A DNA stretch of 64,000 nucleotides, taken from contig NC_042997.1 of NCBI RefSeq assembly GCF_006345805.1, forward strand, positions 199,640,001-199,704,000, in the 5' to 3' direction. This stretch comes from Octopus sinensis. Lineage: Eukaryota. Below, piece by piece: positions 38,746 through 53,229 of the stretch. Made by a program: the position numbers and the translations under genes. Position 1 is the stretch's first letter; the number at the start of each line of letters is the position of its first letter. The notes under the pieces are model-generated. The model was not told where the DNA came from. It saw nothing but the letters and a program-made list of their open reading frames with translations, and made no database searches.

Positions 38746-39529
38746 AGAAGTTCCTGTTGAAGAGATAGCCCTCATGCTAAAAACATTGGTATGCTGAGTA
38801 ACACATGGGTGTTGCATATATAGCAGTTAGCTAGTGTGGTACATGAATTTGGTACACACCAAGTGGTAGACAAACTAACATTGGCTACCAGATGCTGTGA
38901 ATGTTACATTAGAAACACAGTTCAACAACTGCAGATCTGGTTAAGCATAAAAAAAGTAGTTACAAATCTAAATCCAGAGCTGCTAACCAAAATGTTGGCA
39001 ACTTGAGAATATTAAAAAAAACTAATCTCATGGGATAACACAAACCAGCCATCAACAACCAACAAGAACTAAAGAAGCCATTCACCACTCCTTCCAACTT
39101 CTATACAATGCAACTTAGACCCCACTTTTTTTCCATGCTTACAAGTAGCCTTTATCTCATCTATTGACATGAAAATAGATTTCTGACAAAAGAATTCTGG
39201 AACATACCCCGAAGATCATTTTCTTCACATTTCAACATATGCTCCAAACACTTCATACAACCTTGAAGCAGAAAAGAAGCCAGACATGTTCAACTGTTCA
39301 CATTACTTTTCCATGCTTTCATGGGGCAGGCAAAATAGGTTGAGACAGACTTTCTATTATTAAATATGGTTCCTGTCTCTGGCTCAATTTTTTCCAAGTA
39401 AGATAACAATTCTCCATAGTCAGAAATCTTTTCACAGAAGGTTGCAAATGAAGGACACTGTTTTGTATGGCAGTGACACTTGTTTACAGCTATCGCACAA
39501 TGTCAAGACACAGAGACACTAAAACACAC

Positions 39530-41050
39530 ACACATATTATAGCCCAATTAATTAAGAACAGGATCAGACTGGATCAGATGCAGTTTGGTTTTGTGCCTGT
39601 GAGAAGTACTATTGATACCATCTTCCTTGTAGGACAACAGCAGAAGCAGTTAGCTGAAAGTAAACCATTGTACTTGGCATTCATCAACTAGGAGAAAGGA
39701 CATACAGTAAAGAGGTTTCAAATACACAAGAGGCTCCCTAGAGGTGGTAGTTATATTTTTTTCTAAGTGACCTAATTAGCAATGGGAGAAGGGTATTCTG
39801 AAAATATAGTCGCTAGAATAAGAAAAGGAAGGCATAAGTTGAGAGAGCTATTACCTCTGTTGGAAGCAAAAAGTCACTCTGTTAAAATGAGCACAGACTG
39901 TATGATGCTTGTGTATAAACAGCAATGCTATATGGTAGTATGATGGGCCCTAAAAAGAAGGACATGCCAAAGACTAGAAAGGAATGAAGCTAGTGTACAT
40001 TACTAGATGTTTAACACCAGTGTGCATGTATGACAAAGTGTAAGTGTGCTGAGAGAAAACTTGGGCATTAGAGGCATCAGATATAGCATGCAAGAGAGAG
40101 AAATCTACACTGGTTTGGATGAATGAGGAGAGCTGTATAAAGAAACCTGAACACTTTAAGTAGCTGGAACTTGTGGATGCTGGAAAGCCAGAAAGATGTG
40201 GGATGAAATTATGAAGGTAGATCTGAAGATGTTGAGCTTCATGGGGTTGATGAAGAATTGAAATGATTGTCAATCAGCTGTGCAAGAGCAGACCTGTTCA
40301 TCACAGAAGTGAAAGCCTAAAGGCAAGCTGGCAGAAATGTTAGCATGCCAGGCGAAATGCTCAGTGGTATTTCATCCGCTGCTACCTTCTGAGTTCAAAT
40401 TCAACAGACATCAACTTTTCCTTTCATCCTTTTGGGGTCAATAAATTAAGTACCAGTTATGCACTGGAGTCAATATAATCGACTTAATCCCTTTGTCCTT
40501 GTTTGTCCCCTCTATGATTAGCCCTTTGTGGGCAATAAAGAAATACAAAGTGATAGCCTAAAACTATTATGCTTATGCTTGTACATGCTGGGCCCTAAAC
40601 CAGTCTACACCATCAAGCATCCCCTTACATCTCACCTTCCTAATATCCATCCTCCCAGCACTCTTCTTACTCTGGTACAATTCAGCTGCTGTAATCATTT
40701 AAGAACAGAACTAGCACATATCTCATCCCCTATTTTGCTCTACCAGTTACCTCTATCTTCTCCTGAAACCACTTCCACTTTATTCTTAAAAGCATCCTTT
40801 CCACTGATCATCCCTTTTCTGTAGCCTGTTATTTCTGTCACCTTCTGAGCTAAATAATAAGGTCTGCCTCACTCCATATTTAATAGCTCTTATAACTGTT
40901 ATCATTCTCAACAATCTTTCATATCTGCCACTGATGTCCCACTCAACATAGCCACTCTTATGCACCTCTGACCTCCATCTCTGTCACTGTACATATCCCT
41001 TGCCACCACTCTCACACCCTGCACATCACTTCCCTACTTTCTGATCTATC
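39530..41050 (+). mobile_element. Internally deleted RTE-like LINE (RT to 3' end), SINE-interrupted
   Basis: IRLDQMQFGFVPVRSTIDTIFLVGQQQKQLAESKPLYLAFIN (RT domains 1-3), then C-terminal motifs and a pyrimidine-rich segment. Confidence 0.75.
40322..40547 (+). mobile_element. SINE family A with 15-bp TSD (1 mismatch)
   Basis: AAGTGAAAGCCTAAA 40307-40321 and AAGTGATAGCCTAAA 40548-40562. Confidence 0.9.
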
Positions 41051-41262
41051 TGCAGATATATATTACTAAAGTTTATGCTTTTGAAAGATACAACATAAAA
41101 TTTATAAATGTAAAACTTGCTTTTTATGCAAAAGACATTAAATAATAATTGTGGGTTACATTAAATGATAAAATATGAAACATTTAGAGAAGAAGGTATA
41201 ACAGAAGAATGTACATGCTGGAAGAGAATTTCATAGGAAAATGGATGATATGAAGATGCATC

Positions 41263-41267
<5 letters not shown>

Positions 41268-41323
<56 letters not shown>

Positions 41324-41362
41324 CACACACATATATATGTATATATATACATATATATATAT
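41268..41362. repeat. (TA)n microsatellite
   Basis: Seen directly. Confidence 0.95.
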
Positions 41363-41924
41363 GCATATTACACCATTGCTATTATGTTAAACTTTGTATG
41401 TTCAAATTTGGCCAAATGCATTTTTTGCTTGCAATAGCTGATTCTTTTGGTCAAACTATTGTACCTCCAGCTGCTTCAGATAAAATTTGTCAAAGTGTAG
41501 TATAACAGCTTAGCATATTTCAAAAGTATAGAAAGCACCACCAGTTTTGCAAAAAATATTTCTCACTGAAAATATCATACATGCATGTTGTTATGATTTT
41601 ATGTACAAAACAATGTATTATTGTTAAGCTGAAACCGTTGCTAATGTAAAAAGAAAGAGGATGGTGAAACTATTTCTTTATTTTCAGAAAAAGCAACATT
41701 TTGGACTTACGATACTTTTACGTAATAGCAAGAATACATGTGTGTGTGTGTATGTATATATATATATAAAAATATATATATCATTATCATCATCATCGTT
41801 TAACGTCCGTTTTCCAAGCTAGCATGGGTTTGACGGTTCGACTAGGGTCTGGGAAGCCAAGAGGCTGCTCCAGGCCCCAATCTGATCTGGAGGTGTTTCT
41901 ACAGCTGGATGCCCTTCCTAATGC

Positions 41925-42421
41925 TCCTGGACACATCACTCGTATAAAGAAGTTCATCAATTTTTCAGTGACAGTTCTCCAAAATCAGTTGATGCATTTT
42001 CATGATGTTTTCATTTGTTTAGAGGGTTGATGTTTGCCCTGAATGAGATTGGTCTTCAAGTGACAAGTGACCATTCCTAAAACATGAAAACCACTCATAA
42101 ACTTCTGCTTTGCTCATGGCAGCATCCTTGTAAGCTGTTTGAAGCATGGCAACTGTTTCAGCCACCATTTTCCCTAGCAGAAAACAAAATTTCATGGAAG
42201 CATGCTGTTCCTCTCTTTCAGCCATTGCAAAAATGGACAAACAGAGAAGAAGCATTGCAAAAAAAAAATGCACCACATGGCAGTATGCCTTTTCTCGACG
42301 ATGTTGGTTGGCAGACTGATGCCTGAAGATTGCATCAAGTGAATTCTAGTGGTGGAACCTGAACTATAGCATGCTTGTCCCACAGAGAATATTTACAGTT
42401 ACTTTTGGGTATCTCCTCAAA
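41925..42421 (-). mobile_element. mariner remnant (5' end and HTH domain)
   Basis: EQHASMKFCFLLGKMVAETVAMLQTAYKDAAMSKAEVYEWFSCFRNGHLSLEDQSHSG matches the mariner transposase N-terminal HTH pattern. Confidence 0.85.
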
Positions 42422-42774
42422 TACATACAGTACCATGCACATGTCTTCGGTCACTTTAAATTATTGTAAATTTCTACTGATTGCCAACTTATAAGTGGAG
42501 GTTTCTCATTACATTTTCTACAGATGAAACATTGGCCCCATCGAAGTCATTTCCATTTCTAATAATTATATTTTGTAGTAGAGGTAATTTTTATATATCT
42601 AATAATTATCCTCTGAATAATGGAATGTATCTATTAGTCCATTGAAATGCTGAATATTAATAACAACCTTCCTATGAAATACATTCTAAATTACAATTTT
42701 ACTATACAGTATCTAATTAATTTTCTCTCTTAACTATAGCTTTTAAATATTATAAGTAACTTTTATTTCTTCAT

Positions 42775-43033
42775 CAGCTCTGTCTGGCCCCGTGCCAGAG
42801 ACACGTAAAAGCACCATCTGTTCGTGGCCGTTTGCCAGCTCTGTCTGGCACCTGTGCGGGTGGCACGTAAAAAGCACCCACTACACTCATGGAGTGGTTG
42901 GCGTTAGGAAGGGCATCCAGCCGTAGAAACACTGCCAGATCTGACTGGGCCTGATGAAGCCTTCCAGCTTCACAGATCCCAGTTGAACCGTCCAACCCAT
43001 GCTAGCATGGAGAACGGATGATGATGATGATGA
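42775..43033 (+). mobile_element. Family C, young copy
   Basis: CpG-intact; GGCGTTAGGAAGGGCATCCAGCCGTAGAAAC; (GAT)n tail. Confidence 0.88.
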
Positions 43034-43039
43034 TTTTAT

Positions 43040-43252
43040 AAGGCAGCAAGCTGGCAGAAATGTTAGCACGATGGGTGAAATGCTTAGTGATATTTCATCT
43101 GTCTTTACATTCAGAGTTCAAATTCCGCTGAGGCTGATTTTGCCTTTCATCTTATCGGAGTCAATAAATTAAGTACCAACTGCATACTGGGGTTGATTTA
43201 ACTGGCCCCCGCCCTAAAAATTTCTGGTCTTGTGCCTAGAGTAGAAAAGAAT
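43040..43252 (+). mobile_element. SINE family A
   Basis: Head and core present; flanked by ATTTTATA repeats. Confidence 0.88.
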
Positions 43253-44099
43253 ATTTTATATCATATCTTAAATCAAGTATGTTTATTCCCATTATTCTAC
43301 TTAAATGACTACTTTATGTCCCTTAACACCTATAGCAGAAAATTTTTAAATACATCATAGTATTATAGTAAAATTTCATTCAATAATATCCCCCCACCCA
43401 CTACTTCCGCGTCCTACCATTCCTAAAAATTATTATTCCCATTGTTTAGATATTTGAAAATATCGTTCGTATCAATCTTACTCATTATTTACCATCACTA
43501 CGTAAGAAATTTCACCCTCATGAAATCTAGATACGCTGTGGAGCTCTTTTATATCTAACATAGTTTGAATTGTGATGATCCAAAGTAATTGTTCACCCAA
43601 TGGCCAAATTGAAACGTGTAGGCATCTTTTTCGATTATTTATTATGTTGATTCTGTTACTTTAAATCTTATTTGTGTTACATTATTCGATATGCATTCAT
43701 CGTGATACAAATAAAATTAAATAAGTATCCACTATATTTCTTCTCCACTTCCTTATATTTACTTAATATCGATAAATATATATATAACATTAGGCGAGTG
43801 AGATGATAATGTAGATGTGAGTATGAACTAATGAGGCATTATTATTATTAGTAGTAGTACAGAGTAGTGGTTTGACAGAAACCTTCGAATAGATGTGTTG
43901 TAGTACTTTTTCTGGCTCTTTACATTTTAACTTAAAAATTCCATTGAGGGTCTACTTTGCCAGCCATCCTTCAAGGGTGACAAAGGAGGGATGAAATATA
44001 ATACTTGTCAAATACTGGGACAATTTCATCAACCATCTCCTTTCCCACCAAATCTTTGGCTTTGCTCTTAGTTGGAAGATAATAATAATAATAGCATCT

Positions 44100-44468
44100 T
44101 TTATTCTTTATTTGTTTGTCATTGGACTGTGTCCATGCTGGGGCACTGAAAGAATTTTTAGTCAAATGAATCAACCACAGTACTTTTTCTATTTTAAAAG
44201 CTTGATGCATATTCTATTAGTCTCTTTTGCTGAACTGCTAAGTTATGGAAATGTGAACACACCAATACTGGCTATTGAGGGGTGGTGGGGTCAAAGAGAC
44301 ACAAGCACACACACACACACACACAATAGGCTTCTTTCAGTTTCCACTAACCAGATCTACTTACAAGGCTTTAGTTGACCTGAAGCTATAGAAGATACCT
44401 GTCCATGGTGCTACACAGAGGGACTGAACCTAGAATCATGTGGACTTCTTACTGCACAGCTATGCCTT
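44100..44468 (-). mobile_element. SINE family B
   Basis: Tail, (CA)n and head in reverse orientation. Confidence 0.82.
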
Positions 44469-45334
44469 GGTGAAAAATTTTTTTTAATGGGGTCTTTGAA
44501 ATTTTTTGTATCACATTCCTAGAAATAATCTCTGTAAATTCATTTTCCTCCAAACTTTTTATAAACCACAGTTGCATTTCAGAATACTGAAATACAATTT
44601 TAATATACAGAAGACACTTTACGTAAGAGGTATTTAGTCTCTAAATCAACCAGATTTGAATGCCACAAAGGACCCTCTCCAGTTTTGTATATTGTATACA
44701 CTTTGGTTATATTGCATTGTCTCTGATATTGTTAAGTGTGAAAAATCTATGGAAGCAGTACATAACTATGATGTTAATGAAACAATTTAACAATGTCATA
44801 CTGGAGAAAACTATATTTTGTATTATAATTTCCCAGACTATTAGTCTCTACAGATATATATTTATATCTGTCTATACAGCATGCTTTGATTGGTCTGACC
44901 TTCTGATGATGGTTGAAGATTGAACAGATTGAAACATAGTGTAGATATAATTATTGTAAATATACTCTTTATAGATGAGGTTAACAGTCTGGAAAGCTGT
45001 AATCTTGACAACTCATCTGAAACATTTGAATATTTACTTCGACTTTAAGAAACCTTAATTTTGAATCAAATAATTCAAAATGAGAAGTAAATTGAAAATG
45101 CCACCAAAAATATGATGACATTTATTACTTTATATCACAGTTGGTAAACAATTTTGTTATTGGTTGCCAATTTTCAATGGGCTAATCAGGGGTTCATTGC
45201 ATTTCTTACAATTACAACAGAGTGTCTATAATTTGATGGAAATATTGCTACAGACTTTGTTCAAAGAGCTGGGTTTTCTTCTTTGTTTTGTTGATGTTTA
45301 CATCTTTTGCTGATAAGCATTGATGAAAGATATA

Positions 45335-46542
45335 CAGGACATAAGGGGTATTTAAGAATGCTTTATCAGTAAATATTACTATCTTCAATTAAACAATTTA
45401 ATTTTGTTTTTCAGCTCCATGGCTGATAAAATACTAATACATGAAATGGAAAGACATGCAGTCATTGTTGCCATATGTAGAGAACTCATTGATTTAGAAA
45501 TTGCAAGATCTTATATACACAGAGTTCAGATGGAACTGGAAGCCTCTGGCAGGAATTTTTCAATGGCATCAAAGAGAAAAAAGAAAACATTCTTAACTTT
45601 TGGACACTGTAAGGTTACAACAATTCATCCAACAGGTTCAAAACATTATTCATGACGATCTCAGAAAATTAATAAAGAACTTCACCAAAGAAGAACTTCA
45701 GGTGTCAGAGTGGACTAGCAGAACTGTGCTGCACTAGGACATTTGATAGGAGTCATATGTCCTAAGGAGAGGCCTATTCATGTCTGTAAAGACACAGAAA
45801 AATCATTTGGTTCATGCCAAGCGGTTACTTGACAAGGTTAAAAAAAGACTTTGTAAACATGGCATGCTTTGATTTTTTTCTGATGAGAAAAACTATGACC
45901 AACACCAAAAGTCTAACTAGAGAAATGACAAATGGTTATGTGCAGATCCTTATGTCCCTAGAGTGATGCTTACTCAGCTTCCAGAAACTGTAATGGTTTT
46001 TAGGGGTGGTGAGTATTGAAGATCATGTAATGCCACCTGACGTCTTTGCACAAGGAATTAGAGTTAATGCTGCAGGATGTATTAAAGTGCTGGTAATTGT
46101 TAAGTTCTGGATAGGTGAAATACCAAGTGTGAAGGGCCATTTGTGTTTCAACATGACTCAGCACCTTCTCATAAAGCACTAATAATCAAAAATGAATGTT
46201 AGACAATCTTTAACACTAACACCAGATTTATGGCAAACAAATTTGCTATATTATAATCTCATAGACTACTACTTTTGGAGCATTGTTGAAAAGGAGACTA
46301 ATGAACAATTTCATAACACCATAGCCTCAATGAAGGCTACCATTGTCCAGTTAATCAATAATGGCTACATAGCAAAACCTCGTCATCGATTCTGGTCCAA
46401 CATTGAATCAGTCATCAAAGTTGAAGGTGGATTCATAAAATAATCTTATAAAAAAAGTTTATCAAGAATCTGTGCACAAATCTTTATTAAAATACATTTA
46501 GCTTTTGTTAGATTAGAGTTATTTTATTAAATTAAGACCCTG
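45335..46542 (+). mobile_element. Near full-length dead Tc1/mariner-superfamily element, DD37D/maT-like
   Basis: TA-CAGG ... CCTG-TA ends; fragments FSDEKN, VMVF/GVVS..HVMPP, FVFQHDSAPSHKA, NLIDYYFWSIVEKETN..HNTIASMKATI..IESVIKVEGGFIK; many stops. Confidence 0.85.
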
Positions 46543-49489
46543 TACATATAAACACATACACAATGAACTTCTATACACTTTCAATCTACCAAATCCCCTA
46601 CCCCCACAAAACTTATGGATACCCTGATGCTATCATAGAAGACAGTTGCTTAAAGTGTAGTATTAAACCCAGAATCATGTGTCTAGGAAGTAAACTTCTG
46701 ATCCACATTATCTTGCCTCAGATACTTACTATGTGCTGTGATATCCATCATTTTCCTATCTATATACTAACAATGCTTTATATAAACTACAAGTGTTATG
46801 ACAATACTTTCTAATTATGTATTAGCTAACAAAGATTGATCATATGACAAAATTTTAATTCCATGAAGTTAATTACTAATTAATTTCAAGCTCAGATATT
46901 AAGCTTGATTTATTTTTACATCTTGTGATTATAGTTTAGTTGAGTTTGAGCTGCTTAACTTGTGATTAAATCTTAAAGTTCTAAACCACAGATATCTACA
47001 TCTTCTACAGAAATCCTAAACTGCATGATACCATAGTTCAAACAGGGCTGTTGTTTAAGGGTCTTCTGAGAGAGAAATAAAGCTTAAGATCATTTTAGAA
47101 AGAATTTCGTAAAAGACTTCCTGTTTATATTATATATGTGCTGGATTTTTGTATTTTATGAAATACATTTCTCTAGATTTTGGCTACTATTTATTTATTT
47201 ATTTAATAATTCTTAATATGGAAATCAATACCAAAGAACTGTTATCTTCTAAATATATGTGAAAACACATGTAGTCAACATAACTGTATTCAACTTATCT
47301 GGGCAAGTTAAAGGGCATGAAAACAGACAATAAAAATCAACAAGTGAAAACCATATTCACAATACACGCCAATAATAACTATACAGTATAAGAAAATTTA
47401 ATCTAAATTCATGATTATAGTTATATTTTTATGATTTTATACTGAGCTAATTTAATTTTATCAAAATTTTCAGTTTTGAACAAGACTGAGAAATCTATTT
47501 AGAGGCAGCTCTACAGAACTAACAGTTAAAGACATTTCTTTTTGTTTAAAGAAAGACTTAATAAAATATTAGATTCATGGATAATGGTTGGTAATGAAAT
47601 TGATGAAAAGAAAGAAAAAAATGAAAAGAAATGTACAAATATGACAGTAAGATGTCAGACATGATAAGGTGGATATGTGAATATGAACTAAGTGTATAAA
47701 GAAACAGGTGATGCAATAGAAGCAGCTTTTGTTGGAAATGCATGCATATTTCATTGCAATGAATATTATTTCCTCTTACATCTTCCTGGAATTATGAATT
47801 CAGTAGAATATTAAAAAAAAGAAAACAATAGGGATTCAATATTGGGAGTTTATATTTATACACACACACACACACATATATATATATACACACACACACA
47901 CATACATACACGCCCCCACACACAAATATGCAAATATATACACACACACTAATATATGTATACACATATATACATGCATACACACACAAGCATAGATAAA
48001 CTTGAGTAACTTCTTTGGTGTAAATATTTCCAAACAATAGAAACATTTATTGGTTTTAATGCACTTTTATCTCTTCTAACATGCATTACACAATACATCA
48101 AAACATCAGCTTCAGTTTTTATTTTCTACTTGGCTTCAAAATTTCTTCAAGTAGGTTGTAAAGAATAATATATTTCCTCAATTCCCCATAAGATGTATCA
48201 TAACCTTGTAGAATGCAACAGTAATAAACTATTTTTGATATTTTCCTCATGGTAAGGAAAAGATGGTAACTTATTCTTATTCTTTGTGAACCTAAACAGG
48301 TATGGGTATCATGTTATGTATATAGGGATCATAGTGAAACCTGTTCTATATTGGAAGCTAACCTATTCAATGCAAGAAAACAAGAAGTTAAAGCTGTGGT
48401 TTGCAGTGGGAGCTGAACAAAACTACCATCTTTCAAAGAATTCATTAGTTTCCTTTTTTTTTTTTACGATCCCTTTGAATTTCTACTCCCCCTTTTTTTC
48501 CTTCTTTTCTTCCCCAAAAGAAAAGCTTTACGTTGTATTTTGTCCCCTGTGTGGCCAATAAAGAAAGAAATAGTTAAAGTATACAAACTTCTCTTTCGCT
48601 AATAGTCAAAAGCCCAAATGATCCAACCAGGTTTGATAACCATACAATGTCAGCCTAAACACAGATATACACATACATTTTAATTCATATGCCTGTGTGT
48701 TTGTGTGTAACACTTATCAAAGATTTTGTGTTTCATCATACACAACATTAAATACAGCTCATTCAAAATGATTAGAACATTTTAATAAATGCTTGTTCTT
48801 TAAAATTCATAATTGTAATGTAATTTGATGGTTCCATTAAATTTGAATAATACAAGAAATACCTTGAGAACTGAATGTCTTCCCTTAAACTAAGCAATTA
48901 ACTTTTGAGTAACACGAGCATGAAAGGTGATCAGTCAAATAACTGTAGCAATTCTGCACCAGATATCATTTATCTAATATAGTGACCACTTAATATTCCG
49001 CATATACAAGTAGGCTTATAAATCAGATGCAAGGTCTGCTAGTTTAGAGCTGACATGATGTTCAACAACTAAAATATTCTAATTACATTTGGGAAAATGA
49101 TTGAAATAACTCTTTAAAATGAAAAATTAAATTTACCAAATTTAATATGAATTATATCTAAACAGAATAAAACAAGATAACACAAAAATTTACGTCAAAA
49201 ATGTCTAAATATTCTTAAGATTTAATCATTTTTCCTTAACCGTAAATAAAAAGAAATTTCTTTAAATAATCTAGATTCTATTGAACACAATTCTTAACAT
49301 AAAATATACAATATTAACAAAAAGAAAAAATTAGCAGCAGATAAAACTTAAAATCACATCCTCAGATGAATCCTGCTTGTCGTTGTCTGTATTATTATCA
49401 TCATTTGTTCTTATATTCAGTAGGTTGAAACGCCATTTGAATGTTAAATCTACTATGGTTCACTAAAAAAAAAAAGAAATGTCTATTTA

Positions 49490-50420
49490 AAATTTTTAAC
49501 CACCAAGGCTCAGTTCTCATCAGCCCCCTCCTGTTTATCCTAGTCCTCCAGGCTCTGACAGGGGAATTCAATACCAGCTGTCCCTAGGAACTCCTCTACA
49601 CTAATGACCTTCTCATATATATTTCTTTACTATACCCACAAGGGGCTAAACATAGAGGGAACAAACAAAGACAGACAAAGGGATTAGGTTGATTACATCG
49701 ACTCCAGTGCGTAACTGGTACTTAATTTATCAACCCCGAAAGGATGAAAGGCAAAGTTGACCTCGGCGGAATTTGAACTCGGAACGTAACGACAGACGAA
49801 ATACGACTACGAATTTCGCCCTGCGCGCTAACGTTTCTACCAGATCGCCGCCTTAATGATTTTCGTATAGCTGAATCCCTACCCGACTTAGAGAAGAAAT
49901 TTCATGTGTGGAAACAAGGTCTGGAATTTAAGGGCTTTAGGGTTAATTTAGCAAAAGTAGGAAAAAAGACAAATCACAAATTCCTTCTGAGAGATGGCCC
50001 TGCTCAATATGTAAGAAGGGTGTTCATAGAAACTCCATATGTTGTATCCAGTGCAAGCTTTGGATACATAAGAGGTGCAGCAGCATCAAAGGAAGGCTAA
50101 TGGGAATATAATCTTTGTCCGTAGCAAATGTGAAGGTACAATAAGCACTAAAAATATGCAGACAATAGGCATCCTCAAATGCTCGGCTGGATCATTATAA
50201 GTAGCAGATAGCTTTTGTTACTTAGCGGACCAAGCTAGCAGTGTGGAGAGAGTACTGAAAGTATATTTACTAGGATACGAATGAGCAGGGTGAAGTTTGG
50301 AAAGCTTCTACCTTTGTTGGTAACTAAGGCCTCTCCCTCAGAGTGAAAGGCTGATTGAATGATGCCAGTGTACACACATTTATGCTACATGGCAGTCAAA
50401 CACTGACACTGACTACAGAG
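49490..50420 (+). mobile_element. RTE-like LINE RT fragment interrupted by a SINE
   Basis: Decayed QGSVLSPLLF-like and LLY.DDL-like motifs (~49500-49615), WKQGLEFKGFRVNLAK, FCYLA. Confidence 0.75.
49620..49854 (-). mobile_element. SINE family A, young copy
   Basis: CpG-rich full-length match; imperfect TAATGA..TTC..ATA flanks. Confidence 0.9.
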
Positions 50421-50869
50421 GGAAACTAGATATTAAACATGGAAACTAGATATTAAATGATGATGATGATTAAATACTTTTGCAGAAATATAGCATGAAT
50501 ACACAAAAATAAAGAAACTGTCTATGCTAGTGAAAACTTATGCATAAACTCAGCATCAGATACTTGAGGCAATCATTTAGATAGATTGTTTAAATTTTAA
50601 ATGGCTGTGATTATTCTTGTCTCTTTATGTAGAACATAGGTAGAGACAAATTTTAAAAAGAAAACTGATGAATGTACAGACATGACTGCAGAGTTAAAAA
50701 GTGTTTTCTAACCAGGTGGTTCCATGTTTCATACCACTGTTTAGTATATTGGGAGGAAGTGTTTTCTACCATAACTGCAGATTGATATATATATATATAT
50801 TGAGAATCAAATTTAGTAAATGTAAAATGTGTGGGAACTTGTAGAATACACATACACAAAGTCATTCAG

Positions 50870-51205
50870 GAAGGTGTAACATCCAAGGACTGACATAGCA
50901 GCATAATTGTTAGCTGCTGCAAGGGTAAGAGTGATACTTTAGATACAAGTAATTATAGAGGTATTGAACTCATGGACAAGGTGATGAAAATTACAGAGAG
51001 AATTATAGCCTAATTAATTAGGAGTAGAATTAAGCAAGATGAAATGTAATTTGGCTTTGTCTAGGGAAGAAGTACTACTGACACTATTTTCATAGTCAGG
51101 CAATTGCAAGACAAATACTTAGCTAAGAATAATCCATTATATTTGGCATTCATTGATTTACAGAAAGCCTACTGTGTGATATGGTGGCTCCAAGGAAGCT
51201 AGGGA
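50870..51205 (+). mobile_element. RTE-like RT fragment
   Basis: NYRGIELMDKVMKITERIIA..FGFV.GRSTTDTIFIVRQLQDKYLAKNNPLYLAFIDLQKAY. Confidence 0.8.
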
Positions 51206-52426
51206 TAGACATTTAAATATACATATGAATTTAGTCCTTCCAAATTCTGTTATGAATGAGAACCCCAAAAGATGCCACTGTCAAAAAAATTCATAAGGAT
51301 ATCTTATTTCTCTCATGCATTTGCTTTTGTTATTCTGATTCTGTTCAAATCCTATTGGATTTCTTTGGCTTCCAAACATAACATGACAGTGAAGTCATTT
51401 GATCACATTACAAAATGAGTGAGTGTGCATATTAAATCTACTTTTAAATTTATTCATAGTTATTCTTATACAGGATTTTGTTGAGTCAGGTGTTTTAACA
51501 GAACACTTACATGCTAACTGTATTAAGACATATATTTCATCGGCCATGTATTCAAATTGTCTGGACCCCTAATCAGTTACCAATACTATTATAATGTGTT
51601 TTATTGAATCCCAGTGTAGCTTCTTGTTAAATATGATAATCTCACTGCATTCTTACAAATGATTTTGTGGTAACTATTATAGGGTGAGAAATGTTTAGCT
51701 ATGAATGTAGCATCTGCCTTGCTGAAGAGTAGTTAGAAGTATGTTATACATCTACGTTCATTTCTGTTTTTATAATACCTCATCTCTATTATTAATATAA
51801 CCTTGTCCACAAATCTACTGCTAAAGCAACATTATAATACACTGGATAGTCTCAAAACTTTTCTTGTTTGTAGAAATGGCTGAAATCCTCACGAATATGC
51901 TGGTAAATTGTTTTTGATGTTTCTAGAGTGTTTAAAGGACTTTACTAATGTCACTTAAAGTTTTGAGTTTATGGAAAGGATAATAGTCCTTTGGAAAGAT
52001 TAAGAGTAATATCTCAAAAATCAACAGTCTGCTCTATGTGTATCTACATCAACATGGAAGTGAAAACTGGTACATTTAAACAGAAATATTTTCCATAATC
52101 AATGTCCAACTAAGTTATCACTTTTTACATCAATGCTCACTTCGATTTTCATATCTTATAAGAACAATGAAATAAGTACCAGACAAAATACTAGGATTGA
52201 CATAATATAGTAAACACCTTGCATGTGACAACCCAGCATGGCCACACCCTATAACTGATACATGCGAAATATGCAAAAAAAAAAGAAAGAAAACGAAACA
52301 AGTAAATTATTGTTATAGTTACTGTAACAATATGAAATGATAGTTCACAAAGCTTATATTAAAAAATAAAAAATAAACATTCTTTGTTTTGGAAAACTGC
52401 CCCCCCACCATTCAATTGTAATTATT

Positions 52427-52560
52427 TCATATAAAAATTTACAAAACACTATTAAATTTAGCAATCAATTCATTCATTAATGTTTTCAAACATTATATAG
52501 TTGCTGTTTCTGACCTGCTGTTTAGTTGCCATAATAACAGGGAAGTGTATTTGTTGTTAA
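52427..52560 (+). repeat. ~134-bp direct repeat, copy 1
   Basis: About 90% identical by eye to 55201-55334. Confidence 0.9.
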
Positions 52561-53229
52561 GTTTCATTAAGTTTATTGATTTTTAACACCCAAAAATCAA
52601 TTTTATACAAGTTTCATTTTATTGCATAGAAAATAGTTTTGGTGCAGTAAAACAAATAACTAAGAATTTGTTTTTATCTTTTAAATTTTTCTTAATTGTT
52701 GCAATTCGTGCACTTGTTTTAGCTATCCTAAATTGTTACAAATTCACAAAACTGTGTAAATTTATTTAATTCTCTTCCAATTTTTAGATCTGGTAGAGTT
52801 CAGGTGCCACTAACTTGTGATTTCTTACATTCAGGATCAATATCAATAAATAAATGAAAAGTCAATACCGCCAGTATACTGGGGTGCAATTGCAACCTGA
52901 GCACGTATGTAAGTACTATTCACTATAATAACTTATTGAAAAGGAAATATAAACAACGATTTTGGATATTGTGTATATAAGATAACTGCCAAGAGAGAAA
53001 AGAAAACTGATGTATGCAGAAAATTGTGAACCCTACAACTTGTAAAGAATTTGAAAGGTTTTAATTCTGTTGTCCAAAGTGGATGGAGTAGACAATTGTT
53101 TCCTTAATAGATGCAGTGAGTGTGTCCTTTTGTTATTCATGGAAACATAATTATCACATCTACAGTAGAGATTTCTTCTCTTTCTTCTTTTTATGCAGTT
53201 ACTGTCCATAGGGATAGTGCAGGTTCTAA

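Noticed and set aside
50421-50458. 20-bp tandem duplication (also a 23-bp one at ~9598-9643)
   Set aside because: Ordinary slippage or repair duplications.
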